Notes: generated from the sequence alone by a model not told the origin. 64,000 nucleotides of DNA from Eledone cirrhosa (GCA_964016885.1 OZ024741.1:129890001-129954000); one strand, 5' to 3'. Shown: positions 1 to 13,551, counted from the first letter of the stretch. Made by a program: numbers and translations.

Positions 1-3000
1 TAGTGGTGGAGGTGGAGGTGATTGTGGTGGTGATGATGGTTGTGATGGTAGTGGTGGAGGTGGAGGTGATTGTGGTGGTGATGATGGTTGTGATGGTGGA
101 GGTGGAGGTGGAGGTGATTGTGGTGGTGATGATGGTTGTGATGGTGGAGGTGGAGGTGGAGGTGGAGGTGATTGTGGTGGTGATGATGATTGTGATGGTG
201 GTGGTGGTGGAGGTGCAGGTGATCGTGGTGGTGATGATGGTTGTGATGGTGGTGGTGGAGGTGGAGGCGATTGTGGTGGTGATGATGGTTGTGATGGTGG
301 TGGTGGTGGTGGATGTGATTGTGGTGGTGATGATGGTTGTGATGGTGGTGGTGGTGGTGGAAGTGATTGTGGTGGTGATGATGGTTGTGATGGTGGTGAT
401 GGTGGAGGTGGAGGTGATTGTGGTGGTGATGATGGTTGTGATGGTGGTGGTGGTGGTGGATGTGATTGTGGTGGTGATGATGGTTGTGATGGTGGTGGTG
501 GTGGTGGAAGTGATTGTGGTGGTGATGATGGTTGTGATGGTGGTGATGGAGGTGGAGGTGATTGTGGTGGTGATGATGGTTGTGATGGTGGTGATGGTGG
601 AGGTGGAGGTGATTGTGGTGGTGATGATGGTTGTGATGGTGGTGGTGGTGGTGGATGTGATTGTGGTGGTGATGATGGTTGTGATGGTGGTGGTGGTGGT
701 GGAAGTGATTGTGGTGGTGATGATGGTTGTGATGGTGGTGATGGAGGTGGAGGTGATTGTGGTGGTGATGATGGTTGTGATGGTAGTGTTGGAGGTGGAG
801 GCGATTGTGGTGGTGATGATGGTTGTGATGGTGGTGATGGAGGTGGAGGCGATTGTGGTGGTGATGATGGTTGTGATGGTGGTGATGGAGGTGGAGGCGA
901 TTGTGGTGGTGATGATGGTTTTGATGGTGGTGATGGAGGTGGAGGTGATTGTGGTGGTGATGATGGTTGTGATGGTGGTGATGATGGAGGTGGAGGTGAT
1001 TGTGGTGGTGATGGTGGTTTTGACGGTGGTGATGGTGGAGGTGGAGGTGGAGGCGATTGTGGTGGTGATGATGGTTGTGATGGTTGTGATGGTGGTGATG
1101 GAGGTGGAGGTCATTGTGGTGGTGATGATGATTGTGATGGTGGTGGTGGCGGTGGAAGTGATTGTGGTGGTGATGATGCTTGTTATGGTGGTGGTGGAGG
1201 TGGAGGTGATTGTGGTGCTGATGATGGTTGTGATGGTGTTGATGGTGAAGGTGGAGGTGATTGTGGTGGTGATGATGGTTGTGATGGTTGTGGTGGAGGT
1301 GGAGGTGATTGTCGTGGTGATGATGATTGCGATGGTGGTGGTTGAGGTGGAGGTGATTGTGGTGGGGATGATGGTTGTGATGGTGATGATGGTGGATGTG
1401 GAGGTGATTGCGGTGGTGATGAAGGTTGTGATGGTGGTGATGGTGGAGGTGGAGGTGATTGTGGTGGTGATGGTGGAGGTGGAGGTGATTGTGGTGGTGA
1501 TGGTGGATGTGGAGGTGATTGTGGTGGTGATGATGGTTGTGATGGTGTGGTGGAGGTGATTTTGGTAGTGATGATGGTTGTGATGGTGGTGATGGTGGAG
1601 GTGGAGGTGATTGTGGTGGTGATGATGGTTGTGATGGTGGTGATGGTGGAGGTGGAGGTGATTGTGATGGTGATGATGGTTGTGATGGTCGTGGTGGACG
1701 TGGAGGTGGAGGTGATTGTGGTGGTGATGATGGTTGTGATGGTGGTGATGGTGGAGGTGATCGTGGTGGTGATGATGGTGGTGATGGTGGAGGTGGAGGT
1801 GATTGTGGTGGTGATGATGGTTGTGATGGTGGTGATGGAGGTGGAGGTGAAGGTAATTGAGATGGTGATGATGGTTTTGATGATGGTGGTGGAGGTGGAG
1901 GTGATCGTGGTGGTGATGGAGGTGGAGGGGATTGTGGTAGTGTTGATGGTTGTGATGTTGGTGGTGGAGGTGATTGTGGTGGTGATGATGGTTGTCATGG
2001 TTGTGGAGGTGGAGGTGATTGTGGTGGTGATGATGGTTGTGATGGTGGTGATGGTGTTGGAGGTGATTGTGGTGGTGATGATGGTTGTGATGGTGGTGAT
2101 GGTGGAGGTGGAGGCGATTGTAGTGTCGATAATGGTTGTGATGGTGGTGATGGTGGAGGTGGAGGTGATTGTGATGGTGATGATGGTGGTGATGATGGTG
2201 GTGAAGGTGGAGGTGATCGTGGTGGTGGAGATGGAGGTGATTGTGATGGTGGTGGTTGTGGAGGTGGAGGTGATTGTGCTGGTGATGAAGGTTGTGATGG
2301 TGGTGATGGTGGAGGTGCAGGTGATCGTGGTGGTGATGATGGTTGTGATGGTGGTGGTGGAGGTGGAGGCGATTGTGGTGGTGATGATGGTTGTGATGGC
2401 GGTGATGGTGGAGGTGGAGGTGATTGTGGTGGTGATGATGGTTGTGATGGTGGTGGTGGTGGAGGTGATTGTGGTGGTGATGATGGTTGTGATGGTGGTG
2501 GTGGTGGAGGTGATTGTGGTGGTGATGATGGTTGTGATGGCGGTGATGGTGGAGGTGGAGGTGATTGTGGTGGTGATGATGGTTGTGATGGTATTGGTGG
2601 AGGTGGAGGTGATTGTGGTGGTGATGATGGTTGTGATGGTGGAGGTGGAGGTGGAGGTGGAGGTGATTGTGGTGGTGATGATGGTTGTGATGGTGGTGGT
2701 GGTGGAGGTGCAGGTGATCGTGGTGGTGATGATGGTTGTGATGGTTGTGGTGGAGGTGGAGGCGATTGTGGTGGTGATGATGGTTGTGATGGTGGTGATG
2801 GTGGAGGTGGAGGTGATTGTGGTGGTGATGATGGTTGTGATGGTGGTGGTGGTGGTGGATGTGATTGTGGTGGTGATGATGGTTGTGATGGTGGTGGTGG
2901 TGGTGGAAGTGATTGTGGTGGTGATGATGGTTGTGATGGTGGTGATGGAGGTGGAGGTGATTGTGGTGGTGATGATGGTTGTGATGGTGGTGTTGGAGGT

Positions 3001-6000
3001 GGAGGCGATTGTGGTGGTGATGATGGTTGTGATGGTGGTGATGGAGGTGGAGGCGATTGTGGTGGTGATGATGGTTGTGATGGTGGTGATGGAGGTGGAG
3101 GCGATTGTGGTGGTGATGATGGTTTTGATGGTGGTGATGGAGGTGGAGGTGATTGTGGTGGTGATGATGGTTGTGATGGTGGTGATGATGGAGGTGGAGG
3201 TGATTGTGGTGGTGATGGTGGTTTTGACGGTGGTGATGGTGGAGGTGGAGGTGGAGGCGATTGTGGTGGTGATGATGGTTGTGATAGTTGTGATGGTGGT
3301 GATGGAGGTGGAGGTGATTGTGGTGGTGATGATGATTGTGATGGTGGTGGTGGCGGTGGAAGTGATTGTGGTGGTGATGATGCTTGTTATGGTGGTGGTG
3401 GAGGTGGAGGTGATTGTGGTGCTGATGATGGTTGTGATGGTGTTGATGGTGAAGGTGGAGGTGATTGTGGTGGTGATGATGGTTGTGATGGTTGTGGTGG
3501 AGGTGGAGGTGATTGTCGTGGTGATGATGATTGCGATGGTGGTGGTTGAGGTGGAGGTGATTGTGGTGGGGATGATGGTTGTGATGGTGATGATGGTGGA
3601 TGTGGAGGTGATTGCGGTGGTGATGATGGTTGTGATGGTGGTGATGGTGGAGGTGGAGGTGATTGTGGTGGTGATGGTGGAGGTGGAGGTGATTGTGGTG
3701 GTGATGATGGTTGTGATGGTGTGGTGGAGGTGATTTTGGTAGTGATGATGGTTGTGATGGTGGTGATGGTGGAGGTGGAGGTGATTGTGGTGGTGATGAT
3801 GGTTGTGATGGTGGTGATGGTGGAGGTGATTGTGATGGTGATGATGGTTGTGATGGTCGTGGTGGACGTGGAGGTGGAGGTGATTGTGGTGGTGATGATG
3901 GTTGTGATGGTGGTGATGGTGGAGGTGATCGTGGTGGTGATGATGGTGGTGATGGTGGAGGTGGAGGTGATTGTGGTGGTGATGATGGTTGTGATGGTGG
4001 TGATGGAGGTGGAGGTGAAGGTAATTGAGATGGTGATGATGGTTTTGATGATGGTGGTGGAGGTGGAGGTGATCGTGGTGGTGGTGGTGATGGAGGTGGA
4101 GGGGATTGTGGTAGTGTTGATGGTTGTGATGTTGGTGGTGGAGGTGATTGTGGTGGTGATGATGGTTGTCATGGTTGTGGAGGTGGAGGTGATTGTGGTG
4201 GTGATGATGGTTGTGATGGTGGTGATGGTGTTGGAGGTGATTGTGGTGGTGATGATGGTTGTGATGGTGGTGATGGTGGAGGTGGAGGCGATTGTAGTGT
4301 CGATAATGGTTGTGATGGTGGTGATGGTGGAGGTGGAGGTGATTGTGATGGTGATGATGGTGGTGATGATGGTGGTGAAGGTGGAGGTGATCGTGGTGGT
4401 GGAGATGGAGGTGATTGTGATGGTGGTGGTTGTGGAGGTGGAGGTGATTGTGCTGGTGATGATGGTTGTGATGGTGGTGGTGGAGGTGGAGGTGATTGTG
4501 GTGGTGATGATGGTTGTGATGGTGGTGGTGGAGGTGGAGGTGATTGTGGTGGTGATGATGGTTGTGATGTTGGTGGTGGTGGAGGTGATTGTGGTGGTGA
4601 TGATGGTTGTGATGGTGGTGGTGGTGGAGGTGATTGTGGTGGTGATGATGGTTGTGATGGCGGTGATGGTGGAGGTGGAGGTGATTGTGGTGGTGATGAT
4701 GGTTGTGATGGTGGTGGTGGTGGAGGTGATTGTGGTGGTGATGATGGTTGTGATGGCGGTGATGGTGGAGGTGGAGGTGATTGTGGTGGTGATGATGGTT
4801 GTGATGGTGGTGGTGGTGGAGGTGAAAGTAGTGGTGATCATGGTTGTGATGGTGGTGATGATGGAGGTGGAGGTGATTGTGGTGGTGATGGTGGTTTTGA
4901 CGGTGGTGATGGTGGAGGTGGAGGTGGAGGCGATTGTGGTGGTGATGATGGTTGTGATGGTTGTGATGGTGGTGATGGAGGTGGAGGTGATTGTGGTGGT
5001 GATGATGATTGTGATGGTGGTGGTGGCGGTGGAAGTGATTGTGGTGGTGATGATGCTTGTTATGGTGGTGGTGGAGGTGGAGGTGATTGTGGTGCTGATG
5101 ATGGTTGTGATGGTGTTGATGGTGAAGGTGGAGGTGATTGTGGTGGTGATGATGGTTGTGATGGTTGTGGTGGAGGTGGAGGTGATTGTCGTGGTGATGA
5201 TGATTGCGATGGTGGTGGTTGAGGTGGAGGTGATTGTGGTGGGGATGATGGTTGTGATGGTGATGATGGTGGATGTGGAGGTGATTGCGGTGGTGATGAT
5301 GGTTGTGATGGTGGTGATGGTGGAGGTGGAGGTGATTGTGGTGGTGATGGTGGAGGTGGAGGTGATTGTGGTGGTGATGGTGGATGTGGAGGTGATTGTG
5401 GTGGTGATGATGGTTGTGATGGTGTGGTGGAGGTGATTTTGGTAGTGATGATGGTTGTGATGGTGGTGATGGTGGAGGTGGAGGTGATTGTGGTGGTGAT
5501 GATGGTTGTGATGGTGGTGATGGTGGAGGTGGAGGTGATTGTGATGGTGATGATGGTTGTGATGGTCGTGGTGGACGTGGAGGTGGAGGTGATTGTGGTG
5601 GTGATGATGGTTGTGATGGTGGTGATGGTGGAGGTGATCGTGGTGGTGATGATGGTGGTGATGGTGGAGGTGGAGGTGATTGTGGTGGTGATGATGGTTG
5701 TGATGGTGGTGATGGAGGTGGAGGTGAAGGTAATTGAGATGGTGATGATGGTTTTGATGATGGTGGTGGAGGTGGAGGTGATCGTGGTGGTGATGGAGGT
5801 GGAGGGGATTGTGGTAGTGTTGATGGTTGTGATGTTGGTGGTGGAGGTGATTGTGGTGGTGATGATGGTTGTCATGGTTGTGGAGGTGGAGGTGATTGTG
5901 GTGGTGATGATGGTTGTGATGGTGGTGATGGTGTTGGAGGTGATTGTGGTGGTGATGATGGTTGTGATGGTGGTGATGGTGGAGGTGGAGGCGATTGTAG

Positions 6001-9000
6001 TGTCGATAATGGTTGTGATGGTGGTGATGGTGGAGGTGGAGGTGATTGTGATGGTGATGATGGTGGTGATGATGGTGGTGAAGGTGGAGGTGATCGTGGT
6101 GGTGGAGATGGAGGTGATTGTGATGGTGGTGGTTGTGGAGGTGGAGGTGATTGTGCTGGTGATGAAGGTTGTGATGGTGGTGATGGTGGAGGTGCAGGTG
6201 ATCGTGGTGGTGATGATGGTTGTGATGGTGGTGGTGGAGGTGGAGGCGATTGTGGTGGTGATGATGGTTGTGATGGCGGTGATGGTGGAGGTGGAGGTGA
6301 TTGTGGTGGTGATGATGGTTGTGATGGTGGTGGTGGTGGAGGTGATTGTGGTGGTGATGATGGTTGTGATGGTGGTGGTGGTGGAGGTGATTGTGGTGGT
6401 GATGATGGTTGTGATGGCGGTGATGGTGGAGGTGGAGGTGATTGTGGTGGTGATGATGGTTGTGATGGTATTGGTGGAGGTGGAGGTGATTGTGGTGGTG
6501 ATGATGGTTGTGATGGTGGAGGTGGAGGTGGAGGTGGAGGTGATTGTGGTGGTGATGATGGTTGTGATGGTGGTGGTGGTGGAGGTGCAGGTGATCGTGG
6601 TGGTGATGATGGTTGTGATGGTTGTGGTGGAGGTGGAGGCGATTGTGGTGGTGATGATGGTTGTGATGGTGGTGATGGTGGAGGTGGAGGTGATTGTGGT
6701 GGTGATGATGGTTGTGATGGTGGTGGTGGTGGTGGATGTGATTGTGGTGGTGATGATGGTTGTGATGGTGGGTGGTGGTGGTGGAAGTGATTGTGGTGGT
6801 GATGATGGTTGTGATGGTGGTGATGGAGTGGAGGTGATTGTGGTGGTGATGATGGTTGTGATGGTGGTGTTGGAGGTGGAGGCGATTGTGGTGGTGATGA
6901 TGGTTGTGATGGTGGTGATGGAGGTGGAGGCGATTGTGGTGGTGATGATGGTTGTGATGGTGGTGATGGAGGTGGAGGCGATTGTGGTGGTGATGATGGT
7001 TTTGATGGTGGTGATGGAGGTGGAGGTGATTGTGGTGGTGATGATGGTTGTGATGGTGGTGATGATGGAGGTGGAGGTGATTGTGGTGGTGATGGTGGTT
7101 TTGACGGTGGTGATGGTGGAGGTGGAGGTGGAGGCGATTGTGGTGGTGATGATGGTTGTGATGGTTGTGATGGTGGTGATGGAGGTGGAGGTGATTGTGG
7201 TGGTGATGATGATTGTGATGGTGGTGGTGGCGGTGGAAGTGATTGTGGTGGTGATGATGCTTGTTATGGTGGTGGTGGAGGTGGAGGTGATTGTGGTGCT
7301 GATGATGGTTGTGATGGTGTTGATGGTGAAGGTGGAGGTGATTGTGGTGGTGATGATGGTTGTGATGGTTGTGGTGGAGGTGGAGGTGATTGTCGTGGTG
7401 ATGATGATTGCGATGGTGGTGGTTGAGGTGGAGGTGATTGTGGTGGGGATGATGGTTGTGATGGTGATGATGGTGGATGTGGAGGTGATTGCGGTGGTGA
7501 TGATGGTTGTGATGGTGGTGATGGTGGAGGTGGAGGTGATTGTGGTGGTGATGGTGGAGGTGGAGGTGATTGTGGTGGTGATGATGGTTGTGATGGTGTG
7601 GTGGAGGTGATTTTGGTAGTGATGATGGTTGTGATGGTGGTGATGGTGGAGGTGGAGGTGATTGTGGTGGTGATGATGGTTGTGATGGTGGTGATGGTGG
7701 AGGTGATTGTGATGGTGATGATGGTTGTGATGGTCGTGGTGGACGTGGAGGTGGAGGTGATTGTGGTGGTGATGATGGTTGTGATGGTGGTGATGGTGGA
7801 GGTGATCGTGGTGGTGATGATGGTGGTGATGGTGGAGGTGGAGGTGATTGTGGTGGTGATGATGGTTGTGATGGTGGTGATGGAGGTGGAGGTGAAGGTA
7901 ATTGAGATGGTGATGATGGTTTTGATGATGGTGGTGGAGGTGGAGGTGATCGTGGTGGTGGTGGTGATGGAGGTGGAGGGGATTGTGGTAGTGTTGATGG
8001 TTGTGATGTTGGTGGTGGAGGTGATTGTGGTGGTGATGATGGTTGTCATGGTTGTGGAGGTGGAGGTGATTGTGGTGGTGATGATGGTTGTGATGGTGGT
8101 GATGGTGTTGGAGGTGATTGTGGTGGTGATGATGGTTGTGATGGTGGTGATGGTGGAGGTGGAGGCGATTGTAGTGTCGATAATGGTTGTGATGGTGGTG
8201 ATGGTGGAGGTGGAGGTGATTGTGATGGTGATGATGGTGGTGATGATGGTGGTGAAGGTGGAGGTGATCGTGGTGGTGGAGATGGAGGTGATTGTGATGG
8301 TGGTGGTTGTGGAGGTGGAGGTGATTGTGCTGGTGATGATGGTTGTGATGGTGGTGGTGGAGGTGGAGGTGATTGTGGTGGTGATGATGGTTGTGATGGT
8401 GGTGGTGGAGGTGGAGGTGATTGTGGTGGTGATGATGGTTGTGATGTTGGTGGTGGTGGAGGTGATTGTGGTGGTGATGATGGTTGTGATGGTGGTGGTG
8501 GTGGAGGTGATTGTGGTGGTGATGATGGTTGTGATGGCGGTGATGGTGGAGGTGGAGGTGATTGTGGTGGTGATGATGGTTGTGATGGTGGTGGTGGTGG
8601 AGGTGATTGTGGTGGTGATGATGGTTGTGATGGCGGTGATGGTGGAGGTGGAGGTGATTGTGGTGGTGATGATGGTTGTGATGGTGGTGGTGGTGGAGGT
8701 GAAAGTAGTGGTGATCATGGTTGTGATGGTGGTGGTGGTGGTGGTGGAGGCCGTGGTGATTGTGGTGGTGATGATGATTGTGGTGGTGGTGGTGGAGGTG
8801 GAGGTGATTGTGGTGGTGATGATGATGGTGGTGATAGTGGAGGTGGAGGTGATCGTGGTGCTGATGGGGGTTGTGATGATGGCGGCGGGTTTGGTGATGA
8901 TATGTTTTGAAGGTTGTTGCAGTGGTCGTGGCTGTTGATAGCGGTGATAATGTTCGTAGTAGTTGTGGTACTGGTGGTGGTGTTGTGGTGGTAGGGATGG

Positions 9001-9185
9001 TAATGTTGATGGTGGTGGCAATGATAGTGGTCGTACTGGTGACGATGGTGGGGGGGATAGTGTTGATGATGGTAGAGTTGATGATAGTGGCGATGGTAAT
9101 GGTAGTGGCGGTGGCGGTGGTGGTGGTAGTGCGATGGCGGAGGTGTTGGTGTTGGTGTTGGTGTTTATGGTGGTGATGATGGTTA
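1..9185. repeat. (GTG/GAT/GAG)-based minisatellite array with higher-order repeat structure; runs off the left edge of the window
   Basis: Basic unit of ~36-45 nt (GAGGTGATTGTGGTGGTGATGATGGTTGTGATGGTGGTGATGGTG). A diagnostic 1-nt-deleted junction (gatggtgtggtggaggtgattttggtagtg) recurs at ~1547, 3721, 5424 and 7598, giving alternating 2174- and 1703-bp blocks (period 3877). The array degenerates over ~8700-9185. Confidence 0.95.
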
Positions 9186-9295
9186 ATCTTCAACATGTTG
9201 GTAAGGTCGTCTAAGTTGCAGATGACCTGCACAAGATGACATATTACAAATACAACAAATATGGATAATGCTTCATAAACCGCCATTTTCTTCAT
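5060..9295 (-). CDS. Candidate secreted low-complexity His/Thr/Pro-rich protein (may be a spurious repeat ORF)
   Basis: ATG lies in unique sequence, with a second ATG in an AAAATGG context at 9286. The N-terminus MAVYEALSIFVVFVICHLVQVIC-N looks like a signal peptide. It is followed by His-, Thr/Ile- and Pro/Ser-rich blocks. The C/A-rich strand is stop-poor by composition, so ORF length is weak evidence. Confidence 0.25.
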   Translation of the reverse strand: MKKMAVYEALSIFVVFVICHLVQVICNLDDLTNMLKINHHHHHKHQHQHQHLRHRTTTTTATATTITIATIINSTIINTIPPTIVTSTTTIIATTINITIPTTTTPPPVPQLLRTLSPLSTATTTATTFKTYHHQTRRHHHNPHQHHDHLHLHYHHHHHHHHNHLHLHHHHHNHHHHHNHHGLHHHHHHHHNHDHHYFHLHHHHHHNHHHHHNHLHLHHHRHHNHHHHHNHLHHHHHHNHHHHHNHLHLHHHRHHNHHHHHNHLHHHHHHNHHHHHNHLHHHQHHNHHHHHNHLHLHHHHHNHHHHHNHLHLHHHHHNHHHQHNHLHLHNHHHHNHLHLHHHDHLHLHHHHHHHHHHHNHLHLHHHHHHNHYRHYNRLHLHHHHHHNHHHHHNHLQHHHHHHNHHHHHNHLHLHNHDNHHHHHNHLHHQHHNHQHYHNPLHLHHHHHHDHLHLHHHHQNHHHHLNYLHLHLHHHHHNHHHHHNHLHLHHHHHHHHHDHLHHHHHHNHHHHHNHLHLHVHHDHHNHHHHHNHLHHHHHHNHHHHHNHLHLHHHHHHNHHHYQNHLHHTITTIITTTITSTSTITTTITSTSTITTITTIITTAITSTSTIITITTIIPTTITSTSTTTIAIIITTTITSTSTTTITTIITTTITSTFTINTITTIISTTITSTSTTTITSIITTTITSTATTTITIIITTTITSTSITTITTITTIITTTIASTSTSTITTVKTTITTTITSTSIITTITTIITTTITSTSITTIKTIITTTIASTSITTITTIITTTIASTSITTITTIITTTIASTSNTTITTIITTTITSTPSPPSQPSSPPQSLPPPPPTITTIITTTITSTTTTTITTIITTTITSTSTITTITTIITTTIASTSTTTITTIITTTITCTSTTTTITTIITTTITSTSTSTSTITTIITTTITSTSTNTITTIITTTITSTSTITAITTIITTTITSTTTTITTIITTTITSTTTTITTIITTTITSTSTITAITTIITTTIASTSTTTITTIITTTITCTSTITTITTFITSTITSTSTTTTITITSISTTTITSTFTTIITTIITITITSTSTITTITTIIDTTIASTSTITTITTIITTTITSNTITTITTIITTTITSTSTTMTTIITTTITSTTNITTINTTTIPSTSITTTITSTSTTIIKTIITISITFTSTSITTITTIITTTITSTSTITTIITTTITSTITTITTIITTTITSTSTSTTTITTIITITITSTSTITTITTIITTTITSTSTITTITTIITTKITSTTPSQPSSPPQSPPHPPSPPQSPPPPPSPPQSPPPPPSPPSQPSSPPQSPPHPPSSPSQPSSPPQSPPPQPPPSQSSSPRQSPPPPPQPSQPSSPPQSPPPSPSTPSQPSSAPQSPPPPPPP

Positions 9296-9609
9296 TACAT
9301 CGATTTATTAATAATGACTGTCCCAGCTATTCAAATCTCATGGATGCATTGACTAACTGAGCTTTTTTGTTTTATTATATTTTGAATCTGTCTGTTTGTC
9401 TTCATCCCACCTTCTCTTCTTCTTCACCTCTGTCTTCATCTCCTTTAACAGCTGTTATGTCTGTCTGTCTTTTTGTTTTGTTCACTTTACCTGGTCTGTT
9501 TCCATCTCCAAATGTCTGTCTGTTTGTCTGTGCGCCCGTCGGTCTGCATGACAGTGTGTATCTGCACGAGAGTGTGTATCTGCGTGAGAGTGTGTAGTTG
9601 TATATGTAC

Positions 9610-10327
9610 GTGTGTCTGTACGTGTGTCTGGAGGTGTACCTGTAGGTGTGTCTGTAGATGTGTCTGTATGTGTGAGAGTGTGTTTGTTTGTGCGTCAGTC
9701 TGCGATAGCGTGTGTGTGTCTGTGTCTGTACGTGTGTCTGTAGGTGTACCTGTAGGTGTGTCTGTAGATGTGTCTGTACGTGTGAGAGTGTGTTTGTTTG
9801 TGCGTCAGTCTGCGATAGCGTGTGTGTGTCTGTGTCTGTACGTGTGTCTGTAGGTGTACCTGTAGGTGTGTCTGTAGATGTGTCTGTACGTGTGAGAGTG
9901 TGTTTGTGCGTCAGTCTGCGATAGCGTGTGTGTGTCTGTGTCTGTATGTGTGAGAGTGTGTTTGTGCGTCAGTCTGCGATAGCGTGTGTGTGTCTGTGTC
10001 TGTACATGTGTCTGTAGGTGTACCTGTAGGTGTGTCTGTAGATGTGTCTGTATGTGTGAGAGTGTGTTTGTGCGTCAGTCTGCGATAGCGTGTGTGTGTC
10101 TGTGTCTGTACGTGTGTCTGTAGGTGTACCTGTAGGTGTGTCTGTAGATGTGTCTGTATGTGTGAGAGTGTGTTTGTGCGTCAGTCTGCGATAGCGTGTG
10201 TGTGTCTGTGTCTGTACGTGTGTCTGTAGGTGTACCTGTAGGTGTGTCTGTAGATGTGTCTGTATGTGTGAGAGTGTGTTTGTGCGTCAGTCTGCGATAG
10301 CGTGTGTGTGTCTGTGTCTGTACGTGT
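9610..10327. repeat. ~106-bp TG-rich minisatellite, ~7 copies
   Basis: Marker tgcgatagcg at 9701, 9811, 9917, 9975, 10081, 10187 and 10293 (spacings 110, 106, 58, 106, 106, 106). Confidence 0.92.
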
Positions 10328-10439
10328 CTGGTTTTTCTGACACTCTCTATTCCTATATATGATTGGCTGTCTTTTATTTTAGTCTACTTAACTCTACCTG
10401 TCTGTTGTTTATCTACCTATCTATCCGTCTATCCACTTC

Positions 10440-11390
<951 letters not shown>

Positions 11391-11700
11391 CTTTCAATCT
11401 CTTCATTATTCGTCTATATTGCTTTTTAATACAAGAGTCAGTCATTTAGATAATCATTGTTCACATGAGTAGTAACGCAATTTTAATTAATTAATTAATT
11501 AACTAATTAATATACATTTCTTGGCTTACTTCTTCTAAGCATGCTAGTGCTTACTTTACTGTCAATGTCTCCACAGTAGGCATTTCTGGGTACGTTTCAC
11601 ACACACGCACACATGCATACATGTGTCCGAATATATGTACATAATATACATGTATCTGCACAATATATTTATCTAACCATCTATCTCACTACCTACGTAT

Positions 11701-11738
<38 letters not shown>

Positions 11739-12820
11739 GATAATATGATGACTAATCAGAATTGCGTATGCAACGCGTAAATCAGTGAATGATGATGCAA
11801 TTAGATTTAAGCACTCGACGTCATGCGTTTTCATCCAAATATAATTTGTTAGTCCGTGACGAAGTAAATGTACAATAAGGGTTATTGCCAATGTCAGATG
11901 TAGATGTTCAAAATTCTTTTATTCATAAAGCTGTGATACATATTTCAATGGTAATCGTGGCTACTTGACGCAACCAGTAACGCTACATCATCAGAAAACA
12001 TCTTATGCAATAGCTTATGTTTCCAATGCAATACAAGCTGGAAAACAAGGGAACGTACTGGGATCAAAGTAATCGACTTTCTCCTCCTCTAAAATTGTTG
12101 GCCTTGTTCCTAAATCAGAAACCATTATTATTGAGCGTTTGTCAACATGCTTTGCGGCATATTGTTACGTCTCTTAGCTTTGCCTTTCACCTTTAAAGTG
12201 CCAGTAACGCGTTGGGTTGATTTAATTGATTTTCTCCTTCCCTTTGAATTGCTGGCCTTATGCCAAATCTAGAAACAATTATATTTTTCCTGAGAGTTGG
12301 CATTCGCGTTCACTTTCATTCAAAGTGGACGGTGTTTTTTTGTGTGTGTGCGTGTGTGTGTGTGCGTGTCTGCGTGTCTGCGGTGTGTCTGCGTGTGTGC
12401 ACGATCGTGCATGTGTCTGTGTGTATATGCCAAACATCTAACACTGGTTCCACCTATCCGGAAACGTTTGGTCGGGCTGTTCGGTAACTCAAGACATGGG
12501 GCGGTGGTCCAGCTGAAAGTCCTATCCCGTTGAAGTTGAAGAACAAACAGTGAAGAGAGAGTGCTAAAAGGTAATAGGCAGAGCAGTAGCAAAAACAGCA
12601 ACAGAGGGGTGGTGGGAGAGAAGTAAGATGGGGAGGAGAGTAGGGAAAAGGGAGGAGGTTGTAGAATTTTCTTATTTACTCTTTCATTGCAACTGAGCTA
12701 AGAAATATCGTACGATGTCGGAAATAACAAGTAACCATATATATATATATATGGTTACTTGTTATTTATATATATATATATATACATACATATATATATA
12801 TATAAATATATGTATATATA

Positions 12821-12912
<92 letters not shown>

Positions 12913-12945
12913 TATATATATATATACATATATTTATATATATAT

Positions 12946-13026
<81 letters not shown>

Positions 13027-13369
13027 CATACACTCACATATTTATATGTATATACACACGTATATATACAGAAATACTCATACATACACGCTCACTCACA
13101 TACACCCTCTACTGGCAGGATTCATCATCAGATATTACAAAATAAACAGCACCTAAATATGTCATTCATGAATTGCACTGACAATTTCACACACGGTTTC
13201 AAGTTTCATCGTTTCCTCTTTCACTTGCCACATATTTCACAGCAACGGCTCAACACCTACAAACAATACAAACAACAAACATTTTAAATAATAATAACAA
13301 TTCCAATTTCTTAGGACTTTAATTGAAGATCGGTCAGTTCCATTCCTCGTGTAATGACCATACTACTAT

Positions 13370-13406
13370 CTTAATGATGGGGATAATAATGATAATGATG
13401 ATGATT

Positions 13407-13473
<67 letters not shown>

Positions 13474-13550
13474 GCAACAATACCACCAACACTACCAAAA
13501 CCACCAGCAACGAAAGCAACAACAACAAAATCTTCATCAACAACAAAATA
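13370..13550. repeat. Compound trinucleotide microsatellite (ATG/ATC/AGC/AAC)
   Basis: Directly visible. Confidence 0.9.
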
Positions 13551-13551
13551 A

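Noticed and set aside
3-8938. Long Val/Met/Glu-rich plus-strand ORFs, and a Gly/Asp/Cys-rich (GGDCGGDDGCD) reading in another plus frame
   Set aside because: By-products of the triplet repeat. No unique start or end is visible, the V/M product is implausibly hydrophobic, and the Gly frame has recurrent TGA stops (e.g. ~1343, ~1857).
9610-10327. CRISPR-like regular spacing
   Set aside because: Units are fully repeated with no unique spacers, no cas genes are present, and the context is eukaryotic.
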